64,000 nt of DNA from Acidobacterium sp. (GCA_002737365.1 NSIL01000003.1:135078-199077); one strand, 5' to 3'; counted from the first letter of the stretch, positions 12,687 to 25,876 are shown. The notes: generated from the sequence alone by a model not told the origin. Program-made: numbers and translations.

Positions 12687-12718
12687 CCGCCGTCGCTGTG
12701 AAGAGCGAGCGATGGCGG
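12687..12718 (+). terminator. Hairpin just after the yidC stop
   Basis: CCGCCGTCGCT / AGCGATGGCGG (11 bp, one G-T) with a 10-nt loop. No U-tract. Overlaps the first in-frame ATG of jag. Confidence 0.35.
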
Positions 12719-12744
12719 GGCAGGGCAGACCGATAGAGGTAACT

Positions 12745-13188
12745 ATGGCGACAGCAGATATCACCGGATTCGTTCAGAAGGTCGTCGATGCGATGGACCT
12801 TGATCTCGAAGCGTCGGCCGAAGAGATGCCCGACGGCGTGCGCATCAACCTGAACGGCGAAGACGGCAACGTGCTGACCCGCAAGCAGGGTGAAGGCCTC
12901 GCTGCGCTGCAGCACATCGTGGCGGCTATTTACCGGCACGAAGCGGCCGAGGGCCGGCGGCTGGTCGTGGACTGCATGGGCTACCGCAAGGGCAAGGACG
13001 ATGAACTGAAGCAGATGGCGTTGTTCCTGGCCGGCAAAGCCAAGGACAGTGGCCTGGCGCAGGAGATCGGGCCGCTCAATCCTTACGAGCGCCGCATCGT
13101 CCATCTGGCCGTGGCCGAGGTCGAGAAGGTGACCACGGAAAGCATCGGCGACGCGTTCGAGAAGACGGTCATCATTTCCGTCAAGTAA
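12745..13188 (+). CDS. jag: Jag/KhpB-like RNA-binding protein (KH-like plus R3H domains)
   Basis: ..GPLNPYERRIVHLAVAE.. is an R3H motif. Position after yidC. ATG 12745 has GAGG upstream. The ORF track start 12712 is an alternative. Confidence 0.75.
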   Translation: MATADITGFVQKVVDAMDLDLEASAEEMPDGVRINLNGEDGNVLTRKQGEGLAALQHIVAAIYRHEAAEGRRLVVDCMGYRKGKDDELKQMALFLAGKAKDSGLAQEIGPLNPYERRIVHLAVAEVEKVTTESIGDAFEKTVIISVK

Positions 13189-13195
13189 CCTGGCT

Positions 13196-13219
13196 GGGAT
13201 TCCGGGATTCGGGATCCGG
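13196..13219 (+). repeat. GGGATTC/GGGATCC heptamer array in the jag-mnmE spacer
   Basis: GGGATTC C GGGATTC GGGATCC GG. Starts 8 nt after the jag TAA and ends 2 nt before the mnmE ATG. Confidence 0.85.
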
Positions 13220-13221
13220 AC

Positions 13222-14568
13222 ATGTTTTCCACCTCGGACACGATTGTTGCGATTGCCACCCCCGCGGGACGCGGGGGTCTGGGCGTCATTCGCATCAGTG
13301 GTCCTGACGCCGCGCGGGTCGCCGGCGCGCTGGTCGGCCGTGCGACACCTTTCAAAGCGCGGCACGCCACCTTCGCCAGAATAGAAGTGGCGTCCGGCGT
13401 GAGCGGGACCGGGGATCACGTCGTGGTGACCTTCTTCCCGTCACCTTCGTCTTACACGGGCGAAGACGTCACTGAAATTTCCGCGCACGGCAGCCCGGTC
13501 GTGCTGTCCTCGATCCTGCGCCGGGCCATCGACGCCGGTGCGCGTCTGGCCGAGCCCGGCGAGTTTACCCTGCGTGCCTTCCTCAACGGCAAGATCGATT
13601 TGATCCAGGCCGAGGCCGTCGCCGATCTGATCGACGCGGTGACGCCGCGGCAGGCGCGAGTGGCGTTCGATCAACTCGAAGGCACGCTCACCGCCGCGAT
13701 CGGCCGCATCGAGAGCGACTTGTTCGACGTGATCGCGAAGCTCGAGGCATCGCTGGATTTTCCGGATGAGGGCTACCACTTCGTCGGCGCGGCCGAGGCC
13801 AGGGTGGCGCTGGCGTCGGTGATCGATCGGATCGAGGCGTTGCTCGCCCACTCGGCCCGAGGGCGGCTGGTCCGCGAGGGTGCGCAAGTGGCCATTGTCG
13901 GTGCGCCCAATGTTGGCAAGTCGAGCCTGTTCAACGCGCTCTTGAACGCGAATCGGGCCATCGTCACCGCCCTTGCCGGCACGACTCGGGACCTGCTCAC
14001 GGAGCGGGCCGAGATCGGCGGGCTCTCGCTGGCGCTAATCGACACGGCTGGCGTGCGCGAGACTGCCGATGTGATCGAACAGGAGGGCGTGAGCCGGACC
14101 CGCGCGACCCTGCGCGTGGCCGACCTGGTGCTGGTCGTGCTTGACCGCTCGCGCGCGATCACGGCCGAAGATCGCGACCTGCTCGCCGAGACCGCGTTGC
14201 AGCCGCGCGTTGTGGTGTTGAACAAGTCCGATCTGCCCGGTGTGATCACCGAGGCCGGGGTGGCGATCTCCGCCCGCACGGGCGCGGGGCTTGACGATCT
14301 GATCGCGGCGATCGCGAACGAGCTCGCCGCCGAAGTCTCCGGCCCACGCGATCAACCTGCGGTAAGCAACGTTCGCCACACGGTTCTGCTTGAGCGTGCC
14401 CGCGCCGCCCTGCTGTGCGCGACCGAAGCACTGGCCGCCGAGGTGTCCGAGGAATTTCCATTGCTCGATCTCCAGGACGCGGGACAGGCGCTGCAGGAGA
14501 TCACCGGCCGCCGCACGAGCGACGATCTGCTGCATCACATCTTCGCGAAGTTCTGCATAGGGAAGTAG
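13222..14568 (+). CDS. mnmE: tRNA modification GTPase MnmE
   Basis: DTIVAIATPAGRGGLGVIRISG, G domain GAPNVGKSSLFNAL, C-terminal FCIGK. Confidence 0.95.
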   Translation: MFSTSDTIVAIATPAGRGGLGVIRISGPDAARVAGALVGRATPFKARHATFARIEVASGVSGTGDHVVVTFFPSPSSYTGEDVTEISAHGSPVVLSSILRRAIDAGARLAEPGEFTLRAFLNGKIDLIQAEAVADLIDAVTPRQARVAFDQLEGTLTAAIGRIESDLFDVIAKLEASLDFPDEGYHFVGAAEARVALASVIDRIEALLAHSARGRLVREGAQVAIVGAPNVGKSSLFNALLNANRAIVTALAGTTRDLLTERAEIGGLSLALIDTAGVRETADVIEQEGVSRTRATLRVADLVLVVLDRSRAITAEDRDLLAETALQPRVVVLNKSDLPGVITEAGVAISARTGAGLDDLIAAIANELAAEVSGPRDQPAVSNVRHTVLLERARAALLCATEALAAEVSEEFPLLDLQDAGQALQEITGRRTSDDLLHHIFAKFCIGK

Positions 14569-14648
14569 CAGGCCGCGGCTACCGCGCTGGCCGTGCGAAA
14601 ATGGCGGGGCGGTTTAGTCATCGCAAATAGGTAATCAATTAGGCACAA

Positions 14649-16493
14649 ATGATAAGCGAATTAGATGTAATAGTCATCGGCTCCGGGCACGCCGGGGTCG
14701 AGGCGGCGTGGGCGGCGGCGCGGCTGGGGCGGAGCGTTGGCTTGTGCACGCTCAGTCGAGAAACCGTCGCGCACATGCCATGCAATCCCGCCGTTGGTGG
14801 GACGGCGAAGGGACATCTGGTTCGAGAAATCGATGCGCTGGGCGGATTGATGGGCCGCGCAATCGACGCTACAGGCATCCAATTCAAGCTTCTGAACCGC
14901 AGCCGCGGGCCGGCAGTGTGGTCGCCGCGGGCGCAGGCCGACAAGCCGCGATATGCGGCGTGGGTTCGCGCTGAGCTCGAATCCGAGCCGAATATTCACT
15001 GGATCATCGGCCGCGCCGGCCGGATTGTGCTGGATGCGGGCCGCGTGGCTGGTCTGGCGCTTGAGGATGGAACGGTCTATCGGTGCCGGGCGCTGGTCAT
15101 CACGACCGGGACCTTCCTGAATGGACTGGTTCACGTCGGCCGCGAACAGCGTCCTGCCGGCCGGGCGGATGAACCGCCATCGCGAGATCTGGCTCAATCA
15201 ATCAAGAGCCTCGGTGTGCGCTGGGGTCGGCTGAAGACCGGAACGCCCCCACGGCTGGCCCGCAAGTCCATCGACTTCGCCGGAGGCGTGAAATCAGGCG
15301 TGTTCCACGTGGAACATGGCGACCTAAAGCCTGTTTCGTTCTCATTTACCTCCACCATGTCGCCGGAGAACACCGCGGTTTGCCACCTGCTGCACACCAC
15401 CGACCGGGTGCATCAACTGGTTCGAGCCAACATCTCGGCGTCGCCGCTCTACAACGGCCAGATTGCCGGAATCGGACCCCGCTACTGCCCGTCGCTTGAG
15501 GACAAGGTGATGCGCTTCCCGGATCGGGAGCGCCACCAGATCTATCTCGAGCCCGAGGGCCTGGACGTGGAGGAAATCTACGTCAACGGCTTCTCCATGA
15601 GCCTTCCGGCCGAGACCCAGCGAGAACTGGTGCGTGCCCTGCCGGGCCTCGAGTCTGCCGAGATGCTCCGCCCCGGCTATGCCGTGGAGTACGACTTTGT
15701 TCAGCCCACCGAACTGCGTTCCTCTCTGGAAATGCACCGCGTGCCGGGCCTGTTCTTTGCCGGGCAAATCAACGGCACGTCTGGATACGAGGAAGCGGCG
15801 GGGCAAGGGCTGCTTGCCGGCATCAACGCCTCACAGTCCGTCTCGGGCCGGCCGGCACTCGTCCTGGGCCGGAACGAAGCGTATTTGGGCATCATGGTCG
15901 ACGACCTGGTCACGAAAGGATGCCTCGAGCCCTACCGGATGTTCACCTCCAGAGCCGAATACCGCCTCCTCCTGCGCACCGACAACGCCGACCTCAGGCT
16001 GACTCCGAAGGGCCGCGACCTTGGTTTGGTCGGACATGAGCGATGGGAGCGGTTTGCGGGCCGGCAGGCGCGCTACGAGCTTAACGTGGAGCGCCTGCGG
16101 CGCAGTTGGGTCCGGGTCGAGGGTGGCGCAAGAGTCACCGCAGCCCAGGCCCTCAGGCGTCCGGAACTTACCCTGGCAGGCATGATGGCCGACGGGGACG
16201 TGGCCATCGACACCTCCGAGCAGGATCACCTGCTTGACGTATCGTCGGTCGAGACCACCCTCAAATACGAGGGCTACCTGCTGAGACAACAACAGGCAGT
16301 GACCCGCGCCCAGCACGCCGAGCGGCGAAAAATTCCCGAGACGTTCCCCTTCGAACGCGTCCCAGGCCTGTCGCGAGAGATGGTCCAGCGCTTCGCAGAG
16401 GCCCGCCCCGAAACACTCGGCCAAGCCCAGCGAATCCCCGGCGTCACACCCGCGGCCGTGGCCGTCGTCGGTGCATACCTGAACCGATTCTAG
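14649..16493 (+). CDS. mnmG: tRNA uridine 5-carboxymethylaminomethyl modification enzyme MnmG (GidA)
   Basis: 614 aa. FAD fold VIVIGSGHAGVEAAWAAARLG, ..FFAGQINGTSGYEEAAGQGLLAGINA.. Confidence 0.97.
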   Translation: MISELDVIVIGSGHAGVEAAWAAARLGRSVGLCTLSRETVAHMPCNPAVGGTAKGHLVREIDALGGLMGRAIDATGIQFKLLNRSRGPAVWSPRAQADKPRYAAWVRAELESEPNIHWIIGRAGRIVLDAGRVAGLALEDGTVYRCRALVITTGTFLNGLVHVGREQRPAGRADEPPSRDLAQSIKSLGVRWGRLKTGTPPRLARKSIDFAGGVKSGVFHVEHGDLKPVSFSFTSTMSPENTAVCHLLHTTDRVHQLVRANISASPLYNGQIAGIGPRYCPSLEDKVMRFPDRERHQIYLEPEGLDVEEIYVNGFSMSLPAETQRELVRALPGLESAEMLRPGYAVEYDFVQPTELRSSLEMHRVPGLFFAGQINGTSGYEEAAGQGLLAGINASQSVSGRPALVLGRNEAYLGIMVDDLVTKGCLEPYRMFTSRAEYRLLLRTDNADLRLTPKGRDLGLVGHERWERFAGRQARYELNVERLRRSWVRVEGGARVTAAQALRRPELTLAGMMADGDVAIDTSEQDHLLDVSSVETTLKYEGYLLRQQQAVTRAQHAERRKIPETFPFERVPGLSREMVQRFAEARPETLGQAQRIPGVTPAAVAVVGAYLNRF

Positions 16494-16570
16494 GAATTAG
16501 CCACGCAACTAGCATTTTCGAAAGAATTTCTCTGTGTCCTCGGTGTCCTCTGTGGCTAATACTCTCGGGT

Positions 16571-17230
16571 GTGGCGAATCGAGAGTTCCGGGAGCGGCTA
16601 AAGCGTCGGGCGAAGGCAGCCAACATCTCGCTCGAGCCGGCTCTTGTTGACGGCCTCGAGACCTACTATCAGCTCCTGACCAAGTGGAACGCGAAGATCA
16701 ACCTCACCGCGTTCCGGCTGACGCCGGCCGGTGAAGACGAAGCCATCGATCGGCTGTTGATTGAACCGGTCGTCGCCTCACGTTACGTCCCCGAGACCGC
16801 AAGGGCGCTGCTTGACGCCGGCTCTGGCGGCGGCTCACCCGCAATTCCTCTCAAACTCGCCAGGCCCAACCTCCACGTACGCCTGGTCGAAGTGAAGACT
16901 CGAAAAGCGGTCTTCCTCAGAGAGGCGGTTCGCACCCTCGCCCTTCGCGACGCCGAGGTGGAGACCGCACGATTCGAAGAACTGCTTCCAAGGCCAGAAC
17001 TCCACGAGTCGCTTGACCTGGTCTCGGTGCGAGCGGTCCGCATTGAAACGCGAACCCTGCTCACGCTCCAGGCCTTTCTAAAGCCTGGCGGAAAAATCTT
17101 TCTCTTTAGAGGATCGGGAACAAGCACGGTGGAAACGGAACCGCCGCCGCCCCTGGCGTGGATGGCGAGCTACCCCCTCGTCGGCGCCCTGCACAGCAAG
17201 CTCGTCGTGCTCAGCAAAACACGGGTGTGA
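16571..17230 (+). CDS. rsmG: 16S rRNA (guanine527-N7)-methyltransferase RsmG
   Basis: 219 aa. ..LLTKWNAKINLTA.., SAM motif LLDAGSGGGSPAIPL, ..LKPGGKIFLF... Follows mnmG. Confidence 0.85.
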   Translation: MANREFRERLKRRAKAANISLEPALVDGLETYYQLLTKWNAKINLTAFRLTPAGEDEAIDRLLIEPVVASRYVPETARALLDAGSGGGSPAIPLKLARPNLHVRLVEVKTRKAVFLREAVRTLALRDAEVETARFEELLPRPELHESLDLVSVRAVRIETRTLLTLQAFLKPGGKIFLFRGSGTSTVETEPPPPLAWMASYPLVGALHSKLVVLSKTRV

Positions 17231-17235
17231 GAAAT

Positions 17236-17263
17236 CCTGGTCCCGGACCCCGGATCCAGGGTC
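17236..17263 (-). repeat. Heptamer array (C-rich strand up) after the rsmG stop
   Basis: CCTGGTC CCGGACC CCGGATC CAGGGTC, beginning 6 nt after the rsmG TGA. Internally self-complementary. Confidence 0.8.
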
Positions 17264-17319
17264 GTGTTATTCTCTATTTCGGTCTCAAGTAACTAGCTGT
17301 ATAGGTCAAACACCAAAAA

Positions 17320-18120
17320 ATGGCCAAGATCATCGCCGTCACCAATCAAAAAGGCGGCGTCGGCAAGACCACCACGGCGATTAACTTGGCGGCGGCACTC
17401 GCCATCGCGGGCCGCACCGTGTTGCTCGTTGATTGCGATCCCCAAGCCAACGCGACGAGCGGCATTGGTCGCAAAGGCGAGCGCGCCTTGAGCGGAACGA
17501 TTTACGAGGCGCTCACGGCCTCGAACGGTGAGGCCCCCGACAGCTTCATCCTGCCGACCAGCGTCGAACGTCTCTCGCTCATCCCCGCCAATCGCGAACT
17601 CGCCGGCGCGGAAATCGAATTGATCGCCTTTCAAGATCGCGAGCGACGTTTGCAGCGCCTGCTGGAACCGCTCCGCGATCACTTCGACTTCATGATCATC
17701 GACTCGCCGCCATCGCTCGGCCTGCTCACGCTGAACGCGCTCGTCGCCGCCGACCGCGTGTTGATCCCGCTGCACTGCGAGTACTTCGCGCTCGAAGGCC
17801 TGGCCGATCTGGTCGGCACCATGCGCCGCGTTCGCGCCTCGCTCAACCCCGCGCTCGACATCGAAGGTGTGCTGCTCACCATGAACGATGAACGCACCAA
17901 CCTGGGCCAGCAGGTCGGCCGCGACGTGCGCGAGTTCTTCAAAGAGAAGGTCTACCAGACCGTCATTCCCCGCAACGTGCGGCTGGCCGAAGCGCCCAGC
18001 CACGGGTTGCCCGCGGTAACCTACGACGCCCGCTCGCGCGGCGCCGAAGCCTACTTCTCATTCGCCAACGAACTGCTCGCGAAGAACAACGAAGGACAAA
18101 TGTCGAAGCACGAAAGCTAG
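17320..18120 (+). CDS. parA: Chromosome partitioning ATPase ParA/Soj
   Basis: KIIAVTNQKGGVGKTTTAINLAAAL is a deviant Walker A. 266 aa. Confidence 0.95.
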   Translation: MAKIIAVTNQKGGVGKTTTAINLAAALAIAGRTVLLVDCDPQANATSGIGRKGERALSGTIYEALTASNGEAPDSFILPTSVERLSLIPANRELAGAEIELIAFQDRERRLQRLLEPLRDHFDFMIIDSPPSLGLLTLNALVAADRVLIPLHCEYFALEGLADLVGTMRRVRASLNPALDIEGVLLTMNDERTNLGQQVGRDVREFFKEKVYQTVIPRNVRLAEAPSHGLPAVTYDARSRGAEAYFSFANELLAKNNEGQMSKHES

Positions 18121-18122
18121 CC

Positions 18123-19013
18123 ATGGAGAAACGACCCGCTCTCGGCAAAGGCCTTAGCGCGCTGATTCCAGATGCGACCGACGCGTTGATCACCCCGCGC
18201 GCTTCGCTCGACGTTGATATCGACCTGCTCGAGCCCAATGACTACCAGCCGCGCGGCCACATGGACGACGAGCGCCTCGAAGACCTGGCGCGATCGATCC
18301 GCGCCAACGGCGTGATTCAGCCCATCATCGTCCGCAAACTCGCCACCACCGGCACCGCGCGCGATCGCTACCAGATCATCGCCGGCGAACGGCGCTGGCG
18401 CGCCGCGCAACGCGCTCAACTGACCAAAGTGCCGGTCGTCGTCAAGGAGATCGCCAGCGGCGACAAGAAGCGGCTGCTCGAGATGGCGCTGATTGAAAAC
18501 ATCCAGCGTGAAGACCTGAACCCCATGGAAGCCGCGGCCGGCTACCAGCGGCTGATCGACGAGTTTCACCTGAAGCAGGACGAGATCGCCGTGCAGGTGG
18601 GCAAGGACCGCGCGACGGTGGCGAATTACCTGCGCCTGTTGAAGCTTCCCGACGAAGTGCGCGCCAACGTTTCGTCGGGCGTGCTCTCGATGGGCCACGC
18701 TCGCGCCATCGTCGCCCTGCCCACCGACGGCGATCAACGTCGCCTTGCCCGAGACGTGGTCTCGCGCGGATTGTCAGTGCGCGAAACCGAAGCGCTGGTC
18801 AAAGGCGAGATTGCACGCCAGGGCCCCGAGGCCGGGAAGAAGCCGGCGGCGAAAAAAGACGTGCACGTCCGCGCCGCGGAAGAGCAGTTACGCCTGTCGC
18901 TCGGCACACCAGTTGAGATCAAGCGCCGCGGCAAGGGCGGCACGATCGCCATCAGCTTCACCAACGAGGCCGAGCTACAGCGAATCTACGAATTCCTGAC
19001 AGAAAAGAAGTAA
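18123..19013 (+). CDS. parB: Chromosome partitioning protein ParB/Spo0J
   Basis: ParB-box region ..QPIIVR..YQIIAGERRWRAA.., LIENIQREDLNPMEAA, HTH. 296 aa. Confidence 0.95.
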   Translation: MEKRPALGKGLSALIPDATDALITPRASLDVDIDLLEPNDYQPRGHMDDERLEDLARSIRANGVIQPIIVRKLATTGTARDRYQIIAGERRWRAAQRAQLTKVPVVVKEIASGDKKRLLEMALIENIQREDLNPMEAAAGYQRLIDEFHLKQDEIAVQVGKDRATVANYLRLLKLPDEVRANVSSGVLSMGHARAIVALPTDGDQRRLARDVVSRGLSVRETEALVKGEIARQGPEAGKKPAAKKDVHVRAAEEQLRLSLGTPVEIKRRGKGGTIAISFTNEAELQRIYEFLTEKK

Positions 19014-19091
19014 CACGAAGATCGCGAAGGCCACGAAGCCAAACCCTTTTTTTGAAAAGGCAATCTTCGTGTTCTTTGTGACCTTCGTGTT
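19012..19091 (+). terminator. Hairpin built from CACGAAG-type units with a T-run, after parB
   Basis: AACACGAAGATCGCGAAGGCCACGAAGCC ... CCCTTTTTTTGAAAAGG ... AATCTTCGTGTTCTTTGTGACCTTCGTGTT. The arms are roughly complementary. Internal run of 7 T. Confidence 0.5.
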
Positions 19092-19102
19092 AGGTTTCAT
19101 CA

Positions 19103-20149
19103 ATGACTGAACAACAAAGGCGCCGGCTGACCGAAATGGTCAGCTGCGCGGGTTGAGCGAGCAAACTCGCTGCTGGCGAGCTCGCTCAGGTCCTGAGCGG
19201 CATACCAATTCAAACCGACCCACGCATCCTGGTTGACTACAGGACGGCGGACGATGCCGGTGTGTACGCGTGGGAGAGTGGTCCGGCGCTGGTGCAGACG
19301 GTGGATTTCTTCACGCCGATCGTCGACGACCCGTATCTCTATGGACAGATTGCCGCCGCCAATTCCTTGAGCGATGTCTATGCGATGGGCGGTCGACCGC
19401 TGACGGCGCTGGCGATCGCCGCGTTCCCGGACGAAGGCCTGCTGACCGAAGACATCGCCCAGATCTTCCGCGGTGGGTTCGACAAGCTGCGTGAAGCGGG
19501 CGTGGCGCTACTTGGCGGACACACCGTGAGGGACGCCGAGATCAAGTTCGGCTATTCGGTGACCGGCGCGGTCGATTCCAAACGCATTCTCACCAACGCC
19601 GGCGCCAGGGTCGGCGATCGCCTGATCCTGACCAAACCGCTCGGCACCGGCATTGTCGGAACCGCGATCAAGTTCGGCCGCGCGCCAGCCGGCGTTGTGG
19701 AACACGCGGTCGCGTCCATGCTGACGCTGAACAAGGCCGCTGCCGAAGCCATCACCGGTCTCGACGGCATCCACGCGTGCACCGACATCACCGGATTCGG
19801 ATTGGCAGGTCACGCTTCGGAGATGGCCGCAGCAAGCCACGTGACCCTGGTGATTGACGCCGCAGCGCTGCCGCTCATTCCGGGCGTCATCGAGATGGTG
19901 GCGGCCAACAAGTCCGGCGGGATGGGGACCAACCGGCAGCACTTCGCCACGGGGGTCGAATTCGGCGCCCTAGTGGCGGCTGAACTTCAAGACCTGGTTT
20001 TCGACCCCCAGACTTCGGGCGGTTTGTTCTTGTCGGTGGACCCCGCCCATGCCGGGCAAGCCCTGGCTGCCCTGACGAAGGCCGGAGTTCCTGCTGTCTT
20101 TGTTGGCACGGTCGAACCCGGAGGCGCCAAACGCCTGACAGTTACTTAA
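19103..20149 (+). CDS. selD: Selenide, water dikinase SelD, selenocysteine-containing (in-frame TGA at 19154-19156)
   Basis: ATG 19103 is in frame with track ORF 19262..20149. Hand translation MTEQQRRRLTEMVSCAG-U-ASKLAAGELAQVL aligns with the SelD GxGC/UxxK active-site loop (E. coli ..SHGAGCGCKISPKVLETIL). A hairpin follows the TGA. Confidence 0.85.
19154..19188 (+). promoter_or_regulatory. Candidate bacterial SECIS stem-loop
   Basis: Lower stem 19154-19161 pairs with 19181-19188 (TGAGCGAG/CTCGCTCA). CAAA bulge. Upper stem CTCGC/GCGAG. Apical loop TGCTG is 17-21 nt after the UGA. Confidence 0.6.
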
Positions 20150-20178
20150 TTCTGTCGTTCGCCCAAAACAGGAGCTTT

Positions 20179-20255
20179 GATCCGGGGTCCGGGGTCCGGG
20201 ATCCGGCTCAAAATGCGGTGTCCGGATCCCGGGCACCGGACCCCGGATCCCGGCC
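20179..20255. repeat. Inverted pair of GGGRTCC arrays forming a ~26-bp hairpin between selD and the atp operon
   Basis: Left arm TCCGGGGTCCGGGGTCCGGGATCCGG, ~15-nt loop CTCAAAATGCGGTG, right arm TCCGGATCCCGGGCACCGGACCCCGGATCCCGG. 24 of 26 positions pair. Confidence 0.9.
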
Positions 20256-20276
20256 CGCCGTGATACATTTACTTGT

Positions 20277-20702
20277 TTGTTAACACCAGACATCACCACC
20301 CTTTGGGTCGTCGCGTTCCTGCTTCTGTGCACCTACCTGCTCAACAGCCTGGTGTTCAAGCCCATCCTGCAGGTCATCGATCAACGCACGAACGCCGTTC
20401 GCGGTGCGCGCGAGTTGGCCGATTCCGCCTCGCAGAAGGCGACCGCCGCGGCCGCCGAGTACGAGCAGAAATTCAACGCCGCGCGGACCGAGGTGTACGG
20501 CCAGATGGACGAGATGCGAAAGGTTGCGCTCGACAAGCGCGCCACGCTGATCGCCGCCACGCGCGCTACGGCCGAACAGGAACTGAAAGCCGCCACCGTC
20601 CGCGTGCAACAGGAATCACAGACCGCGCGCGAATCGCTTGATCGTAATGCCAACAACCTGGCCGGCGCCATCGTCACCCGCGTGCTCGGCCGAGCCTCCT
20701 AG
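20277..20702 (+). CDS. F0F1 ATP synthase subunit b' (b paralogue)
   Basis: 141 aa. One N-terminal TM (LWVVAFLLLCTYLLNSLVF), then a long charged helix. First gene of the atp cluster. TTG start. Confidence 0.7.
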   Translation: MLTPDITTLWVVAFLLLCTYLLNSLVFKPILQVIDQRTNAVRGARELADSASQKATAAAAEYEQKFNAARTEVYGQMDEMRKVALDKRATLIAATRATAEQELKAATVRVQQESQTARESLDRNANNLAGAIVTRVLGRAS

Positions 20703-20721
20703 TCACCAGGCAGGAACAGAA

Positions 20722-21372
20722 GTGCTGACCACATTCCTCGCCGCTTGTGAATTAAAGCGCAAAGTGCTCCTGGCCCTGGCGCTCGGCGTCTTCCTGGTCG
20801 TGGCGTCGCCCGCCCGGGCGCAGGATCACGCACCTGCCGCAACCGACGCGCATGGCGGCAGCATCACCGACATGATCCTGGCCATGGGCTGGCCGGTGGC
20901 CAACTTCATCATCTTCGTTGGCGTCATCTACTACTTCGGCAACGGCCCGCTGAAGGACTATCTCGCCAGCCGCAGCGCCACCATCCGCAAGGACCTGGTC
21001 GAAGCCGCCGCGCTCAAGGCCACGGCCACGGCGCAGCTGGCGACCATCGAACAGAAACTCCAGGCGCTCCCCGGTGAGTTGAGCACGCTGCGCACCCGCG
21101 GCGCTGCTGAGATTGCGGCCGAAGAGAAACGGATTGCCGCCGCCGCCGATGCCGACCGAGAACGCCTGCTCGATCAGACGCGCCGCGAGATCGATCTGCA
21201 GGTGCGGCTCGCCAAGAAGGATCTCGTTGAGCACGCCGCCGATTTGTCGGTGCAGCTGGCCACCGAGCGGATCAAGAAAGAAACGACGCCGGCCGATCAA
21301 GCCCATCTCGTCGACAACTACTTGAAGCAGGTAAAAACGGGCCAAGCCCCAAGCCCCAAGCCCCAAGCCTAA
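20722..21372 (+). CDS. atpF: F0F1 ATP synthase subunit b
   Basis: GTG 20722 (AGGA upstream) is in frame with track ORF 20638..21372. TM WPVANFIIFVGVIYYF, then a coiled helix. The C-terminal 10 codons are a CCCCAAG array. Confidence 0.7.
   Translation: MLTTFLAACELKRKVLLALALGVFLVVASPARAQDHAPAATDAHGGSITDMILAMGWPVANFIIFVGVIYYFGNGPLKDYLASRSATIRKDLVEAAALKATATAQLATIEQKLQALPGELSTLRTRGAAEIAAEEKRIAAAADADRERLLDQTRREIDLQVRLAKKDLVEHAADLSVQLATERIKKETTPADQAHLVDNYLKQVKTGQAPSPKPQA
21341..21369 (-). repeat. (CCCCAAG)x4 array forming the atpF 3' end
   Basis: GCCAAGC CCCAAGC CCCAAGC CCCAAGC C encodes GQAPSPKPQA. Abuts the TAATG stop/start overlap with atpH. Confidence 0.9.
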
Positions 21373-21920
21373 TGTCCCTGAGAACATCGGCCAATCGATA
21401 CGCCAAAGCCCTTTTCGACGTCGCCGTCGAAGAGAAAAATGATCTGGCGCAAATCGATCGCGACCTGCACGCCGTCGTCGAGATGCTGAGCGCCAGCCCC
21501 GACCTGGCGCCGGCCGCCGGCCGCACCGGCGTGACCGAAGCGATGCGCCGGTCGCTGATGGAAGCGGTGGCCGACAAAATGGGCGTCGCCACGCCGGTGA
21601 AGAAGCTGATGGTCCTGCTGGCCGAGAGCCGCAAGCTCGACCTCATTCCCGACCTGTCGACGGCCTATCGCGAACGCCTGCTCGCGCACCAGAACATCGT
21701 CCGCGCCGAAGTGACGAGCGCGACGGCGTTGACGCCGGAACAGACGCAGGCACTGGCGGCGAGTCTCGGTAAGGTCACCGGCAAGCAAGTGGAGCTGTCG
21801 GTCAGCGTCGACCCCGCCCTGCTTGGTGGCGTCGTCGCGAAGATCGGCAGCACGGTGTACGACGGTAGTGTGAGAACACAGCTGTCTCGCATGAGGGCAC
21901 AGCTGCTCGACCGACAGTAA
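21372..21920 (+). CDS. atpH: F0F1 ATP synthase subunit delta
   Basis: 182 aa. ..[10 protein letters not shown].. OSCP-type N-terminus. Position between b and alpha. Confidence 0.85.
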   Translation: MSLRTSANRYAKALFDVAVEEKNDLAQIDRDLHAVVEMLSASPDLAPAAGRTGVTEAMRRSLMEAVADKMGVATPVKKLMVLLAESRKLDLIPDLSTAYRERLLAHQNIVRAEVTSATALTPEQTQALAASLGKVTGKQVELSVSVDPALLGGVVAKIGSTVYDGSVRTQLSRMRAQLLDRQ

Positions 21921-21945
21921 GAATTCGGACCCCGACAAGAAGCTT

Positions 21946-23481
<1,536 letters not shown>

Positions 23482-23484
23482 CCG

Positions 23485-25874
<2,390 letters not shown>

Positions 25875-25876
25875 CC

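Noticed and set aside
11758-13419. 553-aa minus-strand ORF
   Set aside because: It runs antisense across the yidC 3' end, jag and the mnmE 5' end. Its Arg/His/Gly/Asp-rich low-complexity composition is a typical stop-poor shadow frame in GC-rich DNA opposite well-supported genes.
17068-17088. Palindrome CCAGGCCTTTCTAAAGCCTGG inside rsmG
   Set aside because: It encodes the conserved ..AFLKPGG.. methyltransferase motif region, so it is native coding sequence and not an insertion. The symmetry is probably fortuitous.
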